Part shown: positions 1 to 10,550 of the stretch, piece after piece
Layout of the letters: each line of letters begins with the position of its first letter
Numbering within the stretch: the stretch's first letter is position 1
Source: Rhodospirillales bacterium
Lineage (GTDB): Bacteria; Pseudomonadota; Alphaproteobacteria; Bin95
Assembly: GCA_038143065.1 (NCBI GenBank)
Contig: JAYQLI010000035.1
Span: forward strand, 384,001-448,000
DNA length: 64,000 nucleotides
Direction of reading: 5' to 3'
Translations under genes and position numbers: made by a program
Notes under the pieces: generated by a model
What the model was told of the DNA's origin: nothing
Databases searched by the model: none
What the model saw: the letters and a program-made list of their open reading frames with translations, nothing else

Positions 1-702
1 TGCTATCCAATTTGTATAGCTTTTACCGCGTTCGAAGGCATTTCTTGAGATTGGATAGATTACTATTTTTTGATCAGCATGCCCTGCCATTATCATTGAT
101 CGACCGGAAAGAAATGGAGTACTTTCGACCGCGGCGCGCCAGAGCACAGCTCCTGACCAGCGAGGCGGGCCTTCATCAGGGTAGAAGCCTGCTCGAACTG
201 CTGAATGGATCCCATCAGCTGCAACAAGCGCATCAGTCATCAAGGGACCAGTCAATTCGTGAGTACTACGATCTTCTAACCAGACAGCGACTTTACCTGA
301 AGTCGTTATTGTGTGTCTTTTATAGCTTAGGCCAAACCTAATGCTGTCTTTTGCAAGTCTTTGTTGAGCCGCTTCTAGGAGAATTTTTTGGAAATGTCCG
401 CGGTGAATGGAAAATTGTGGAACAGGATAGCCAGCAGCTATACCTCTTGGCTCACGCCAAATTTCTTGTCCAAATTTATTGAAGTAACATAATTCCTTGG
501 TTTCTATTCCGGTTTCACGAAGTCGGTCTTGCAGCCCGAGATCAGTCAGAATTGCAGTTGCGTGAGGGAGAACATTTATGCCCACTCCCAAAGGCTTTAT
601 TTCACGAACTGATTCATAGATCGTTGGGTTAATACCTTTTTCCAGAAGAGATAGAGCAAGAGATAAACCTCCAATTCCTGCACCGATAATCATGACGTCC
701 AT
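1..702 (-). CDS. FAD-dependent monooxygenase (salicylate-hydroxylase-like); runs off the window edge; one frameshift near 640
   Basis: Manual minus-strand translation from ATG 702: MDVMIIGAGIGGLSLAL (GxGxxG), then PLGVGINVLPHA, FSIHRG, LVAADGIHSAVR (DG motif). Absent from the ORF track. Confidence 0.85.
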   Translation of the reverse strand, partial: MDVMIIGAGIGGLSLALSLLEKGINPTIYESVREIKPLGVGINVLPHATAILTDLGLQDRLRETGIETKELCYFNKFGQEIWREPRGIAAGYPVPQFSIHRGHFQKILLEAAQQRLAKDSIRFGLSYKRHTITTSGKVAVWLEDRSTHELTGPLMTDALVAADGIHSAVRAGFYPDEGPPRWSGAVLWRAAVESTPFLSGRSMIMAGHADQKIVIYPISRNAFERGKSYTNWIA

Positions 703-778
703 GGTTTGAAGTTTCCCTCGTGACTGACCGACTTAATGGCTTTACTTTATGGTTAAACATATCTTTGGATTTTTGAAA

Positions 779-1687
779 ATGTCACATGCAAAACCAGCGC
801 TCGCTTTAACTCCAGTCCCTGGTCGCCGTCGGCTTGTAGTTGAGGCGGCAAAAGCAATGGAGGAGCGAGGTTATGCCGGGCTTTATTGCCCTTCTACCCT
901 TGGCGGTATGTCTTTGGTTGAAGCATTGGCTTGGAACACCCAAAGCATGCCTTTTGGCATCACCGTTGCGCCTATTTATGCCCGTGTTCCCGAGGATTAC
1001 TCAGAAACATCAGCTTGTATTCATGAGATTTCTGAGGGTCGTTTCAGGTTGGGTGTTGGTGTTAGCCACGGGCCTACTCAAAAAAGGTTTCGGACACCTG
1101 TGGGGAAGCCAATAAGTGATATGCGAGATTTCGTGGTTCGTTACAAGGAATGGACGGGTGCTGGAGATCCTGCACCATTAACTCTAGCTGGGATGCGGCC
1201 ACGTATGATTAAGCTGGCAGGGGAGATGGCTGATGGTCTTGTTTTTGCAAATGCAGCTCTCAGTCAGGCTTCAAAATCACTTGGGCTTCTCCCAGCTGAT
1301 AAGTTGAAGAATGATGAGTTTTTCATCGGTTGCATGACGCCTACATGCATTAGTGACGATGTTGAGGCAGCAAAAGCTGTTCATAAAAGGACCCTCGCAC
1401 GCTATGTGCAGCTCCCTTACTACCGTGAATACTGGCGAGAGTCTGGTTACGAAGAAGAGATGGCCGAGATCGATAAGTTGGTTGACACCGGTGAGACGGC
1501 AGCAATTTTTGATAAGCTCTCGGATCGTTGGTTAGATGATGTTACACTTTTAGGGTCGGCAAACAGAGTTCTTGAAAAACTTGAGGCCTGGCGTGAAGCT
1601 GGGAGTAAGACTCCAATATTGGTTCCATCCTCTGCTTCTGGAAACCAATTAAAGGCTGTTCAAGAGATTTTCCAGATTTTTGGGTAA
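779..1687 (+). CDS. LLM-class (luciferase-like) flavin-dependent oxidoreductase
   Basis: ORF 749..1687, likely ATG 779; SEGRFRLGVGVSH and PRMIKLAGEMADG are typical LLM motifs. Confidence 0.85.
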   Translation: MSHAKPALALTPVPGRRRLVVEAAKAMEERGYAGLYCPSTLGGMSLVEALAWNTQSMPFGITVAPIYARVPEDYSETSACIHEISEGRFRLGVGVSHGPTQKRFRTPVGKPISDMRDFVVRYKEWTGAGDPAPLTLAGMRPRMIKLAGEMADGLVFANAALSQASKSLGLLPADKLKNDEFFIGCMTPTCISDDVEAAKAVHKRTLARYVQLPYYREYWRESGYEEEMAEIDKLVDTGETAAIFDKLSDRWLDDVTLLGSANRVLEKLEAWREAGSKTPILVPSSASGNQLKAVQEIFQIFG

Positions 1688-1836
1688 GTTTTCGTAAGCC
1701 CAGTTCAGACCTGATGAGTGGGAATTATTATTTCCAAGTGTTTCATCAAAATTAACGCGATAATTTTACACGCTTTACTTCCCGAATGACAAAATTGGGC
1801 TACTTCTAGGACTGCACATAAGGATACAACCATACA

Positions 1837-2034
1837 ATGAATGCTTTTCTTGCTTTTCTAATACCCGCAGCAATCATCGCGACCGCCATTGTGTTGATTA
1901 TTGGGCTTGGCGGATTTGCTGGTGGTGGTAATTTCAATAAGAAATATGGAAATAAGCTCATGCAGATGCGCGTCCTGCTCCAAGGCGTGGCTGTCGGGCT
2001 TATCGTTATTTTGATAGTGGCGACGTCATCCTAA
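1837..2034 (+). CDS. Twin-transmembrane-helix small protein (HIG1-like)
   Basis: 65 aa, two hydrophobic helices flanking NKLMQMRVLLQ. Confidence 0.85.
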   Translation: MNAFLAFLIPAAIIATAIVLIIGLGGFAGGGNFNKKYGNKLMQMRVLLQGVAVGLIVILIVATSS

Positions 2035-2036
2035 AT

Positions 2037-2714
2037 TTAATTACTTAACGTGTTCAGAAATCGGGCTAGTGACTCTGGGGGAAAGCTTTTAGGCCATTGA
2101 GCTGGTCTATCTAAAGCCTTATCTAGTAAAACTTTGAATTTACTTCGGGTTATTTCTTTTGCACCAAATTGCTCGAGGTGTGGATTGGGAAATTGTGCGT
2201 CTAGTAAGGTAAACCCGCCATAATGCAGTCTAGCTGCTAGATGGACGAGAGCAATTTTTGATGCATCCCGATCACGGCTGAACATGCTCTCACCAAAAAA
2301 GGCGCCACCTAAAGATAGTCCATAGAGGCCGCCAACTAGCTGGTCCCCATTCCAGCATTCTACTGTATGGGCATGCCCAAGATCGAAGAGTTCTCGGAAA
2401 AGTTTTTTTATAGGCAGATTAATCCAGGTATCCTCTCGTCCGCGAGAGGGAGCAGCTTCCGCGCACCCGTCTATCACTTGATCGAAAGCTGTATCCGATC
2501 TTACCTTCAACGATGTATTGCGTATTGTTCTTCTAAGTCTTCTTGGAACCTTAAAATTTTCAAGGGGTAAAATCCCTCGGGTCCGTGGATCCACCCAAAA
2601 GACTGTTTCGCAATCTTTTTCCTCAGCCATCGGAAATACGCCTATAGCGTAGGCGCGTAGGGCCAAATTGGCGGTTAATTCTATTTGCTCTTCAGTGTTA
2701 GCATTTTCTCCCAA
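2037..2714 (-). CDS. aat: Leucyl/phenylalanyl-tRNA--protein transferase
   Basis: AYAIGVFPMA, TWIN, AHTVECW, LVGGLYG, FFGESMFS, DASKIAL; likely TTG start near 2714. Confidence 0.95.
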   Translation of the reverse strand: MGENANTEEQIELTANLALRAYAIGVFPMAEEKDCETVFWVDPRTRGILPLENFKVPRRLRRTIRNTSLKVRSDTAFDQVIDGCAEAAPSRGREDTWINLPIKKLFRELFDLGHAHTVECWNGDQLVGGLYGLSLGGAFFGESMFSRDRDASKIALVHLAARLHYGGFTLLDAQFPNPHLEQFGAKEITRSKFKVLLDKALDRPAQWPKSFPPESLARFLNTLSN

Positions 2715-2715
2715 T

Positions 2716-4074
2716 TTAATATCTCTTCCATCCGGGTTGTTTGAGGCCCCATAAGTTGAGCAATCCAAACATTATTATGCTGACAGAGATGCATAAAAAA
2801 ATACTTTTAAGGGATTCAGGTTGTATCAAGAATGCGGAAACCAAAATAATGGTTAATCGGGCTGCTACTGCAAAAGTAGGATACCGGGTTTGCTTTGCTC
2901 CAAGGCTGGCAAAGTAAATGGATAGACCAAGCCCAAGAAAGAAATAAGCTGGTCCGACATATGCCATGTAGAGGCTCCCAGCCTCAATAGTTTGTTGGTT
3001 GTCGGTAAATAACCCTAAAACAGTCTCTGGAACGATGAAACAAACTACGCCTACTGAGCCAGTTAAGATGCCTGCGATTACCCCTCCGATTAATGCTGCA
3101 TTATGTGCTCTTTTCCAATTCCCAGCTCCAACGTTCGTTGCAACAATCGTTGTGAGCACCGTTCCAATTCCAAAAACGACAGGGACCATCAGCAATTCTA
3201 ATCTTGCCCCTAGGCCATAACCAGCCAGAGCTTCTGTGCCACTTTGTGTGACTAGAATTGTTGCTGTCAAAACCGTTGCAACGTTCATGACAGGAGAAGT
3301 TAATGCGATCAATCCGACTTTCAGAATGTCCCAAAAATACTCCAACCGAAGACAGATTTTTGACTTTAGAAATGGGAGCCCCGTATGCCCGCTCAAAATA
3401 TAAGCTGAGAGAAAAATAGTTCCTAGTGTGAAGCCAATAAAATGGCCATATGCTGCCCCCGCAATCCCTAAATTTGGGAAGGGCCCAAGACCCAGAGTAA
3501 GGCTTGCACCAAGAGTTATTTGAACCGAAAAGGCAAGTGTTACACCAGCTGTTGCAATCGAAATTGCTCCTGTGCCACGTGCTATACTAGCAAGGGTATT
3601 AAGCAACCAAACCGAAGGGGCGCCGAGAAATACGATGCCTGCTTAGGTTAAAGCGCCTGGTCTAGTTAGGTCGGTGGCCCCAAGGGCGTCGAGTACTTTC
3701 GCTCCGTGCCCTAGCATAATTGTTTGGAAGAGTACTGCGCCCAATAAAGCAACAATCAGTGAGTGTATGGCTAGGTTAGCTGCACGATCTATTTCACCTG
3801 CTCCAATTGCCCGAGCAATTGCAGAATTTATAGCCCCGCCCATAGCGCCGGCAGACATCATCTGCATAAGGATAAGTATGGGATATACGAGAGCAATAGA
3901 GGCAAGTGCCTCTATGCCTAGCTCGCTGACATACCAGGCTTCAGCAATCTGAGCACCGATTTGCACAGCAACAAATGGAATGTTTATTAAAGAAAGTCGG
4001 AGTATTGTTGTCGCAATTGGGCCGTTCAGGATTTCATGTGTACGGTTCTCTCGGATAGCTGATCCTCTTATCAA
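2716..4074 (-). CDS. MATE-family efflux transporter (frameshift near 3640)
   Basis: ORFs 3643..4074 and 2716..3606 together give a multi-TM MATE pattern (LGIEALA, LGIAGAA, EALAGYG). Confidence 0.85.
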
Positions 4075-5297
4075 TTACCCGATGATCCTTTAATTATTTT
4101 TCGGTCATGTAGTTTGCCGATGGCCCCTGCCGTCAGCCCAAGGATATTAGCAAGGACTTCATCTGTATGCTGCCCAAACCGTGGAGCTGGGGCAGGCGCA
4201 AGTCGCTTTAGGCCCTCAAACCACATGGGTGCACCAGGAATTGGGAAGGCTGCGCCGTTTAAATTAGGCTGTGCGATAGTTTCGAAAAGAGGATTGTCTG
4301 CATAGAGATACTCATCGTTAAGAGATTGACGGAACGATTGATAGCCTGACCAAAGTGCTCCGGCTTTTTCTAAAGTCATGGCAACATCATTATAATCTCT
4401 AGCTCCAATCCATGTACCCACTATTGATTCGACTTCGGTGCGGACTTGGTAGCGAGATGCTTCATCTTCTAGTTTTATTCCATGTTTAGTCTCAATTTCG
4501 GCAAAACTGCCGTCACTCCCCATAATCTCTTTAACAGCTTTCACATGCCTGGGAGTGAACATACAAAGCATTACCCATTGGCCATCCCTGGTTTTGAACG
4601 TCTGTCCAAATGTTCCAAAAATTTGATTTCCAAGTCGTTGACGGTCGCTTTGATTTAGAGATGCTTCTCCGACATAACCTAAATTTGCGGTTGTCCATAA
4701 AGCAACATCGAGAAGTGAGAGTTTTATCAGAGAGCCAGCTCCAGTTCTTGACCGCCGACGTTCGGCCGCCAGAAGACTTGTAGAAATGGTAAGTCCGGCG
4801 CCGATGTCCCACGCAGGTAGAACATTGTTAACGGGGCCATCTGTTTGTGTCGGACCAGTCACCATTGGGAATCCGGTCATAGCATTGACGGTATAATCAA
4901 CGTGAGGGGCACCATCCCGGGCTCCCGTCAAGGCAACCATGATCAGGTCGTCGCGTCGAGCTTTAAGATTTTCATAAGCAGACCAGCCTCGAGCCGGAAG
5001 GTTGGTCAGGAACATACCTGCGTCTGCCCCCGGAGCTGTTGCTATAGCTGTTAAAAGTTCTCTCCCTTCCTCTGACCTTACATCGACAAGTATAGATTTT
5101 TTGCCTTTATTCATTCCTGCCCAGTAGAGTGACTGTCCATCGGAGGTTACTGGCCAGCGTTCATGATCAAGGCCACCATTGATGTCATCGAACCTTATTA
5201 CGTCTGCTCCGAGCTGTGCGAGTGTCATCCCGCCAAGAGGAGCTGCTACAAACGCAGATCCTTCAAGGATGCGCATACCAGAGAGAAGATCATACAT
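4071..5297 (-). CDS. mct: Family III CoA transferase, mesaconyl-CoA C1-C4 CoA transferase (Mct)-like
   Basis: EGSAFVAAPLGGMTLAQLGADVIRFD..GGLD..RWPVT, VDYTVN and VLPAWD match the Chloroflexus Mct sequence as recalled, beyond generic CaiB similarity. Confidence 0.75.
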   Translation of the reverse strand: MYDLLSGMRILEGSAFVAAPLGGMTLAQLGADVIRFDDINGGLDHERWPVTSDGQSLYWAGMNKGKKSILVDVRSEEGRELLTAIATAPGADAGMFLTNLPARGWSAYENLKARRDDLIMVALTGARDGAPHVDYTVNAMTGFPMVTGPTQTDGPVNNVLPAWDIGAGLTISTSLLAAERRRSRTGAGSLIKLSLLDVALWTTANLGYVGEASLNQSDRQRLGNQIFGTFGQTFKTRDGQWVMLCMFTPRHVKAVKEIMGSDGSFAEIETKHGIKLEDEASRYQVRTEVESIVGTWIGARDYNDVAMTLEKAGALWSGYQSFRQSLNDEYLYADNPLFETIAQPNLNGAAFPIPGAPMWFEGLKRLAPAPAPRFGQHTDEVLANILGLTAGAIGKLHDRKIIKGSSGN

Positions 5298-5511
5298 TTT
5301 GTGAGTGTCCCAAATTATAATTACAACGGAATTTTAGCTGTACTGAACACAGCCTTAATTCGCACAAAATTCAAGATAATCTGAAATTCTTTTTTACTAT
5401 TTTTACCCAGAGTTAGCCGAACGGTTAAAAAAATTTGTGTCTTGAGCGTATTAATGTGTTTTGGCACATTCTACTGTAACATTGAAGTCGCGAAAGAAAG
5501 CAGGAGGGGGC

Positions 5512-6326
5512 ATGTACGTTGTTCTCGCGCCAGTTACTGAATCTGGCTTGGAAAGCATTTGTTCTATTGCCTTGCATTGTGGAAACCATATTGCTGTATC
5601 CAACGTGGAAGGTCTACATGTTAGGGCTGAGCCGAGTGTTATTTTGGCTGCTGATGAGACCGGGGCGGCAACTCCTGCCTTAATAAGAAACTTAGAGACT
5701 GAAGAGGCAGAGAGAAGCAATCGCGTTCGTCAGGCTTTTGAAGCTTCAATGTCTAGACAGACAGACATTAGAGTCTCGTGGACGGAACTGCGTGCAACAG
5801 ATCTTGATCTGGGAGCATATGCACGACTTTTTGACTTTGTAATTCTTTCTCGGCCTGATCAAGCCAATGATACCCCGTCGATGGGCCTAATTGAGGCAGC
5901 TCTTTTTGATAGTGGACGTTTTTTAATTATTGCTCCCCTAAACCAGTAGAAACGTTCGCGGATCGTATAGTGATTGCGTGGAATGGTGGAGCTGAAACAG
6001 CACGATCCATCGCTTGTGCGCGACCATTTTTACGACAGGCGTCTGATGTTATTTTACTCCAGGTGGAAGAGGGAATGACCCCGGGGCCTGATGCGGATGA
6101 TGTAGCCGTATACTTGGCTGGAATTGGTATAAAAGCGCGGGTGCAAAAGATGAAATCTGGAGCTCTTAGTGCTGGTGCAGCAATCCTTGATGGAGCTACT
6201 GAATTAGGCTGTGATCTACTTGTAAAGGGTGGATATACGCGCAGTAGATTGCGGCAAACAATTTTTGGTGGTCCCACAGTCCATATCCTGCAAAATGCAG
6301 AAATGCCCGTGTTGATGTCACGGTAA
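5512..6326 (+). CDS. Universal stress protein, tandem USP domains (frameshift near 5940)
   Basis: GGAGG RBS before ATG 5512; IAWNGGAETARS and DLLVKGGYTRSRLRQTIFGGPT..IL..AEMPVLMS. Confidence 0.88.
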
Positions 6327-6346
6327 AAAGGGCTATCTGCTAATTA

Positions 6347-7354
6347 ATGCAGGAATTTAAATTTGATTGGCTGAAGTTGCGCCCTGAGGGTCTGTATTGT
6401 CAGCCGGCGGACTGTTTCATCGATCCTGCAAAAGCAGTCCCACGCGCTTTGATAACGCATGGGCATGCAGATCACGCCCGGCCAGGGCATAAAAAGGTTC
6501 TTGCAACAAAAGAAACCCTAAGAATTATGAAGGTTCGGTATCCTTCAGATTTGGCCCAACACCAACAATTAAATTTTGGTGAAAAAATTCAAATAGGCGA
6601 GGTTACTGTTTGGTTAGCCCCTGCGGGACATATATTAGGCAGTGCTCAGGTGGTAATGGAATATCGGGGGCAACGCGCGGTCGTTTCGGGTGACTATAAA
6701 CGTCAAATGGACCCTACAGCTATTCCTTTTGAACCTATTCTCTGCGATCTCTTCGTTACTGAGGCAACTTTTGCGCTTCCAGTTTTCAGGCACCCAAAAC
6801 CGGAAACACAACTTGAAAAGCTTCTCTCCTCCCTTCAAGCTTTTCCGGAGCGCCCACATTTATTGGGGGTTTATGGGCTTGGTAAGTGTCAAAGAATACT
6901 CTTTTTGCTTCGGGGTCTTGGTTTCGATGCTCCAATATATCTGCACGGAGCACTTGTTGGATTGACAGAGCTTTATAGCTCATTGGGTTTTGACTTTGGT
7001 AATCTTTTACCTGTTCAAGGGGCTGCCAAGTCTGATTTATCATCAGCTCTAGTATTAGCGCCGCCATCTGCCACGATAGATCGTTGGTCTCGACGATTTA
7101 GCGATCCGCGCATAGGCATAGCGTCTGGCTGGATGCAGGTTCGTGGTAGAGCGCGTCAGCGTAGGGCGGAGGTTCCTCTGATAATTTCGGACCATGCTGA
7201 TTGGGACGATCTGCTTCGAACTTGTAATGAGACGCAGGCAGAAACTGTTTGGATTACTCATGGGCGGGAGGATGCGCTTGCATATGAGTTGGGCAAGCGA
7301 GGCCAAAAGGCTATTCCTCTTCGTTTAAGTGGTCGCCAAGAAGAGAGCGAATAA
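6347..7354 (+). CDS. Ligase-associated DNA damage response exonuclease (metallo-beta-lactamase/beta-CASP)
   Basis: ALITHGHADH, PAGHILGSAQ, VSGDYK, TEATFALP, SDHADW; directly upstream of an ATP-dependent ligase. Confidence 0.92.
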   Translation: MQEFKFDWLKLRPEGLYCQPADCFIDPAKAVPRALITHGHADHARPGHKKVLATKETLRIMKVRYPSDLAQHQQLNFGEKIQIGEVTVWLAPAGHILGSAQVVMEYRGQRAVVSGDYKRQMDPTAIPFEPILCDLFVTEATFALPVFRHPKPETQLEKLLSSLQAFPERPHLLGVYGLGKCQRILFLLRGLGFDAPIYLHGALVGLTELYSSLGFDFGNLLPVQGAAKSDLSSALVLAPPSATIDRWSRRFSDPRIGIASGWMQVRGRARQRRAEVPLIISDHADWDDLLRTCNETQAETVWITHGREDALAYELGKRGQKAIPLRLSGRQEESE

Positions 7355-7367
7355 ACGGAGGAAAACA

Positions 7368-8952
7368 ATAGAAACATTTTCACGACTTCTTGATAGCTTG
7401 GTATTCAGCAGCTCAAGGAATGAAAAACTCAGGCTCATTCAAAAATATTTACGTATGACACCGGACCCTGCTCGGGGCTACGCTCTTGCGGCCTTGACTG
7501 GCGATCTAAAAATTCCCGCTGCTAAAAGCGCCACTATTCGGTCTCTTGTAGAAAAGAGGATGGATGCCGAGCTTTTTGCCATGTCCTATGATTATGTAGG
7601 GGATATGGCTGAAACGGTGGCTCTGATTTGGACAGATGTAAAATATTCTCCTCCTACATTTATAGAAGTTATTGAGGGGCTGCAAAAAGCTAACAAAGCA
7701 TCTGCTGCTCTTGCATTAGAGAGATGGTTGGACCGTTTGGACACCACGGGGCGATGGGCTTTATTGAAGCTTGCAACAGGAGGGTTGCGCGTTGGGGTAT
7801 CTGCAAGACTTGCAAAGATAGCTGTTGCTCAGGAATTTAAGGTTTCTGCAGATGAGGTGGAGGAAATCTGGCATTCGATAGAGCCGCCTTATGAAGAGCT
7901 TTTTGGGTGGCTAGAAGGGGTGGGGGAAAAACCTAATTATACTTTAGGTGCTGGATTTAGACCTGTAATGCTAGCGAACCCCTTGGACGAGGGCCTGCTC
8001 AGCCAGCTTGATCCATTAAGCTACGTGGCTGAATGGAAATGGGATGGTATTCGTGTTCAAGCTATTTCCCGAGGTGGTGAAAGGAAGCTGTACACAAGAA
8101 CGGGAGAGGATATTGGAAATAGCTTTCCTGATATTCTTAATAGTCTTGAGTTTGATGCTGTTATTGACGGCGAGTTACTCATAAAGAGTCAAAAATCACT
8201 CAAATTGCACGAGGCTGCGCCCTTTTCTGTGCTTCAAAAAAGGCTAGGCCGTAAACGACCCAGCACCAAAATTATTTCTGAAATGCCAGCTTTTATCCGG
8301 GCTTATGATCTTCTTTTTGAAGGTGAAGAGGATTTAAGAGGTTTTGCTTTTGAAGATCGACGCAAGCGACTGGAGATTTGGGCTAAGAACGCTCCACGCA
8401 CAATTGATATTTCGGCAACAATTCCATTCAAAACATGGCAGGAGTTATCGAAGATCCGCTCTGAAGCGCGAGAAACCGGCATTGAGGGGCTAATGTTAAA
8501 GAGGAAATCCTCTTTTACCTATCAGGGCGTCCAAAAAATCAATGGTATAAATGGAAAGAGAACCTCTCACTCTGGACCTAGTGTTGATGTACGCTCAACG
8601 GGGGCACGGTCGCCGGTCATCGTATTACTCTGATTTTACATTAGGTGCTTGGAGCGATGCTGAGACGCTTGTTCCGGTGTGTAAAGCCTATTCTGGATAC
8701 ACCGATAAGGAATTGATAAAGATTGATAAATGGGTGCGTGAGCACACAAATGATCGATTTGGCCCAGTGCGGTCAGTTACACCGGGCCTCGTTCTAGAAA
8801 TTGCATTTGATGCAGCTCAATATTCTAAACGGCATAAGTCGGGCGTTGCTCTGCGTTTTCCCAGAATAAAACGTTTAAGATGGGATAAACCAATAAGTGA
8901 GGCTGAAACACTTAAACATGTGAGAAGCCTCATCCAAGAACCAGAGTTTTAG
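7368..8952 (+). CDS. ATP-dependent DNA ligase, cisplatin-damage-response type (frameshift near 8510)
   Basis: EWKWDGIR (adenylated Lys), EGLMLK, YAQRGHGRRSSYYSDFTLG, SGVALRFPRI. Start placed at ATA 7368 behind GGAGG. Confidence 0.92.
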
Positions 8953-9419
8953 TCGTCATCAAGACTAATGGGTACGCCAGCGAGCCTTTTCGACGTTTGA
9001 ATAATAGGAAAAGACGTTACTTTAAGGACGTCCGTGATACTCGTGAGCCTCTGTGTTAATTCATTTTCATGACTTGTGTCCCGGGCTATAATTCTAAGAA
9101 GAAAATCACCTCCTCCGCGAATCATATGACATTCTCTCACTTCTTCCCAAAGTGAAACAGCTGTTTCAAAGGCTTTAAGCCGATCCAAGGCTTGGCTTTC
9201 TAAACCAACAAGAACATAAAATTCAGCCTCATACCCAAGCATGCTCGGCTCAAGATCTGCGTGATAACCTCTGATATAACCCTCATCCTCTAATAGTCTA
9301 AGGCGGCGAAGAGAGGGGGGTGGTGAGATGCCAGCATTTGTTGCTAATTCCACGTTAGAAATTCGGCCGTCGTTTTGAAGGTCAGATAGTATCTTTCTGT
9401 TAATTCGGTCTAATTTCAT
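8949..9419 (-). CDS. Lrp/AsnC family transcriptional regulator
   Basis: MKLDRINRKIL..LQNDGRISNVELA...GIS...LRRLR.LE..GYIRGYHA; divergent from trxB. Confidence 0.93.
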   Translation of the reverse strand: MKLDRINRKILSDLQNDGRISNVELATNAGISPPPSLRRLRLLEDEGYIRGYHADLEPSMLGYEAEFYVLVGLESQALDRLKAFETAVSLWEEVRECHMIRGGGDFLLRIIARDTSHENELTQRLTSITDVLKVTSFPIIQTSKRLAGVPISLDDD

Positions 9420-9581
9420 ATTCTACAGTCCTTCATTTCACAGCCAATTTTCAATTTAACAATTTAAAGCACTTTTGCAGCTGAATTGGATCAAATTATG
9501 TCTTGTCAGAAGACACTACGGATTGTTCCTGGCATCATACAAATATTGTTGATTCGTTAGTTTCTTCGAAAGGTTTTAGTA

Positions 9582-10550
9582 ATGTCGGCCCAGCATACCA
9601 CAAAGGTTCTAATCATCGGATCCGGTCCAGCTGGCTACACCGCTGCAATATATGCAGCGAGAGCAGGGTTAGAGCCTGTCCTAGTTCAAGGTCTAGCACC
9701 AGGTGGACAACTGACTATTACGACAGATGTCGAAAACTATCCTGGCTTTGGTGACGTAATCCAAGGGCCTTGGCTGATGGACCAAATGCGTGAGCAGGCA
9801 GAAAAAGTAGGCACCCGTCTTGTTTATGATATTATTAGTGAGGTGGACTTTTCTGAACAACCGTTCGTTTGCAAAGCAGATTCTGGAGATGAGTTCGTTG
9901 CTGACAGCGTTATTATCGCAACGGGAGCTGAGGCTAAGTGGCTTGGTTTAGAGAGTGAACAGAAATTTATGGGATTTGGAGTTTCTGCTTGCGCTACATG
10001 TGATGGATTTTTCTTTAGAGACAAAGAAGTAGCGGTAATTGGCGGAGGCAACACAGCTGTAGAGGAAGCTCTTTATCTTACAAACCATGCAAAAAAGGTG
10101 ACGGTTATCCATCGTCGAGGAGAATTTCGAGCTGAAAAAATTCTTCAAGACCGTCTTGCGCGCAATCCAAAAATTAAAGTTATTTGGGACAGTGTGCTAG
10201 AGGAAGTGAAAGGCGACGATAACCCTCTTGGTGTAAATTCTATATCAATCCGAAATGTTAAGTCGAATGAGCTTAAAGACTTATCAGTTGATGGTGTCTT
10301 TGTGGCGATTGGTCATCGTCCAAATACAGATGTTTTCCAAGGCAAGGTGGATTTAGATGCGGAGGGGTATATCCAGCCAGTTGATTCATCAACACGAACA
10401 AATGTACCCGGTGTCTTCGCGGCTGGAGACGTCCGAGACAAGGTTTACCGTCAGGCTGTAACCGCCGCTGGTATGGGCTGCATGGCCGCTTTAGATGCAG
10501 CGGGCTGGCTTGCTGAGCAAGAGGACGCGGTAAGCGTAGCTGCAGAATGA
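9582..10550 (+). CDS. trxB: Thioredoxin-disulfide reductase
   Basis: IIGSGPAGYTAA, GVSACATCDGFF, GGGNTA, VFAAGDV. Confidence 0.98.
   Translation: MSAQHTTKVLIIGSGPAGYTAAIYAARAGLEPVLVQGLAPGGQLTITTDVENYPGFGDVIQGPWLMDQMREQAEKVGTRLVYDIISEVDFSEQPFVCKADSGDEFVADSVIIATGAEAKWLGLESEQKFMGFGVSACATCDGFFFRDKEVAVIGGGNTAVEEALYLTNHAKKVTVIHRRGEFRAEKILQDRLARNPKIKVIWDSVLEEVKGDDNPLGVNSISIRNVKSNELKDLSVDGVFVAIGHRPNTDVFQGKVDLDAEGYIQPVDSSTRTNVPGVFAAGDVRDKVYRQAVTAAGMGCMAALDAAGWLAEQEDAVSVAAE

Noticed and set aside
12-341. Plus-strand 109-aa ORF, and the many similar short ORFs overlapping called genes (e.g. 38128..38697, 59384..59869)
   Set aside because: Antisense or off-frame shadows of well-supported genes, without motifs.
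4071-5297. Autotrophic 3-hydroxypropionate bi-cycle
   Set aside because: A single gene; mcr and pcs are not in the window.
5442-5454. FNR/FixK box upstream of the USP gene (TTGAGCGTATTAA)
   Set aside because: One base short with two mismatches to TTGAT-N4-ATCAA.
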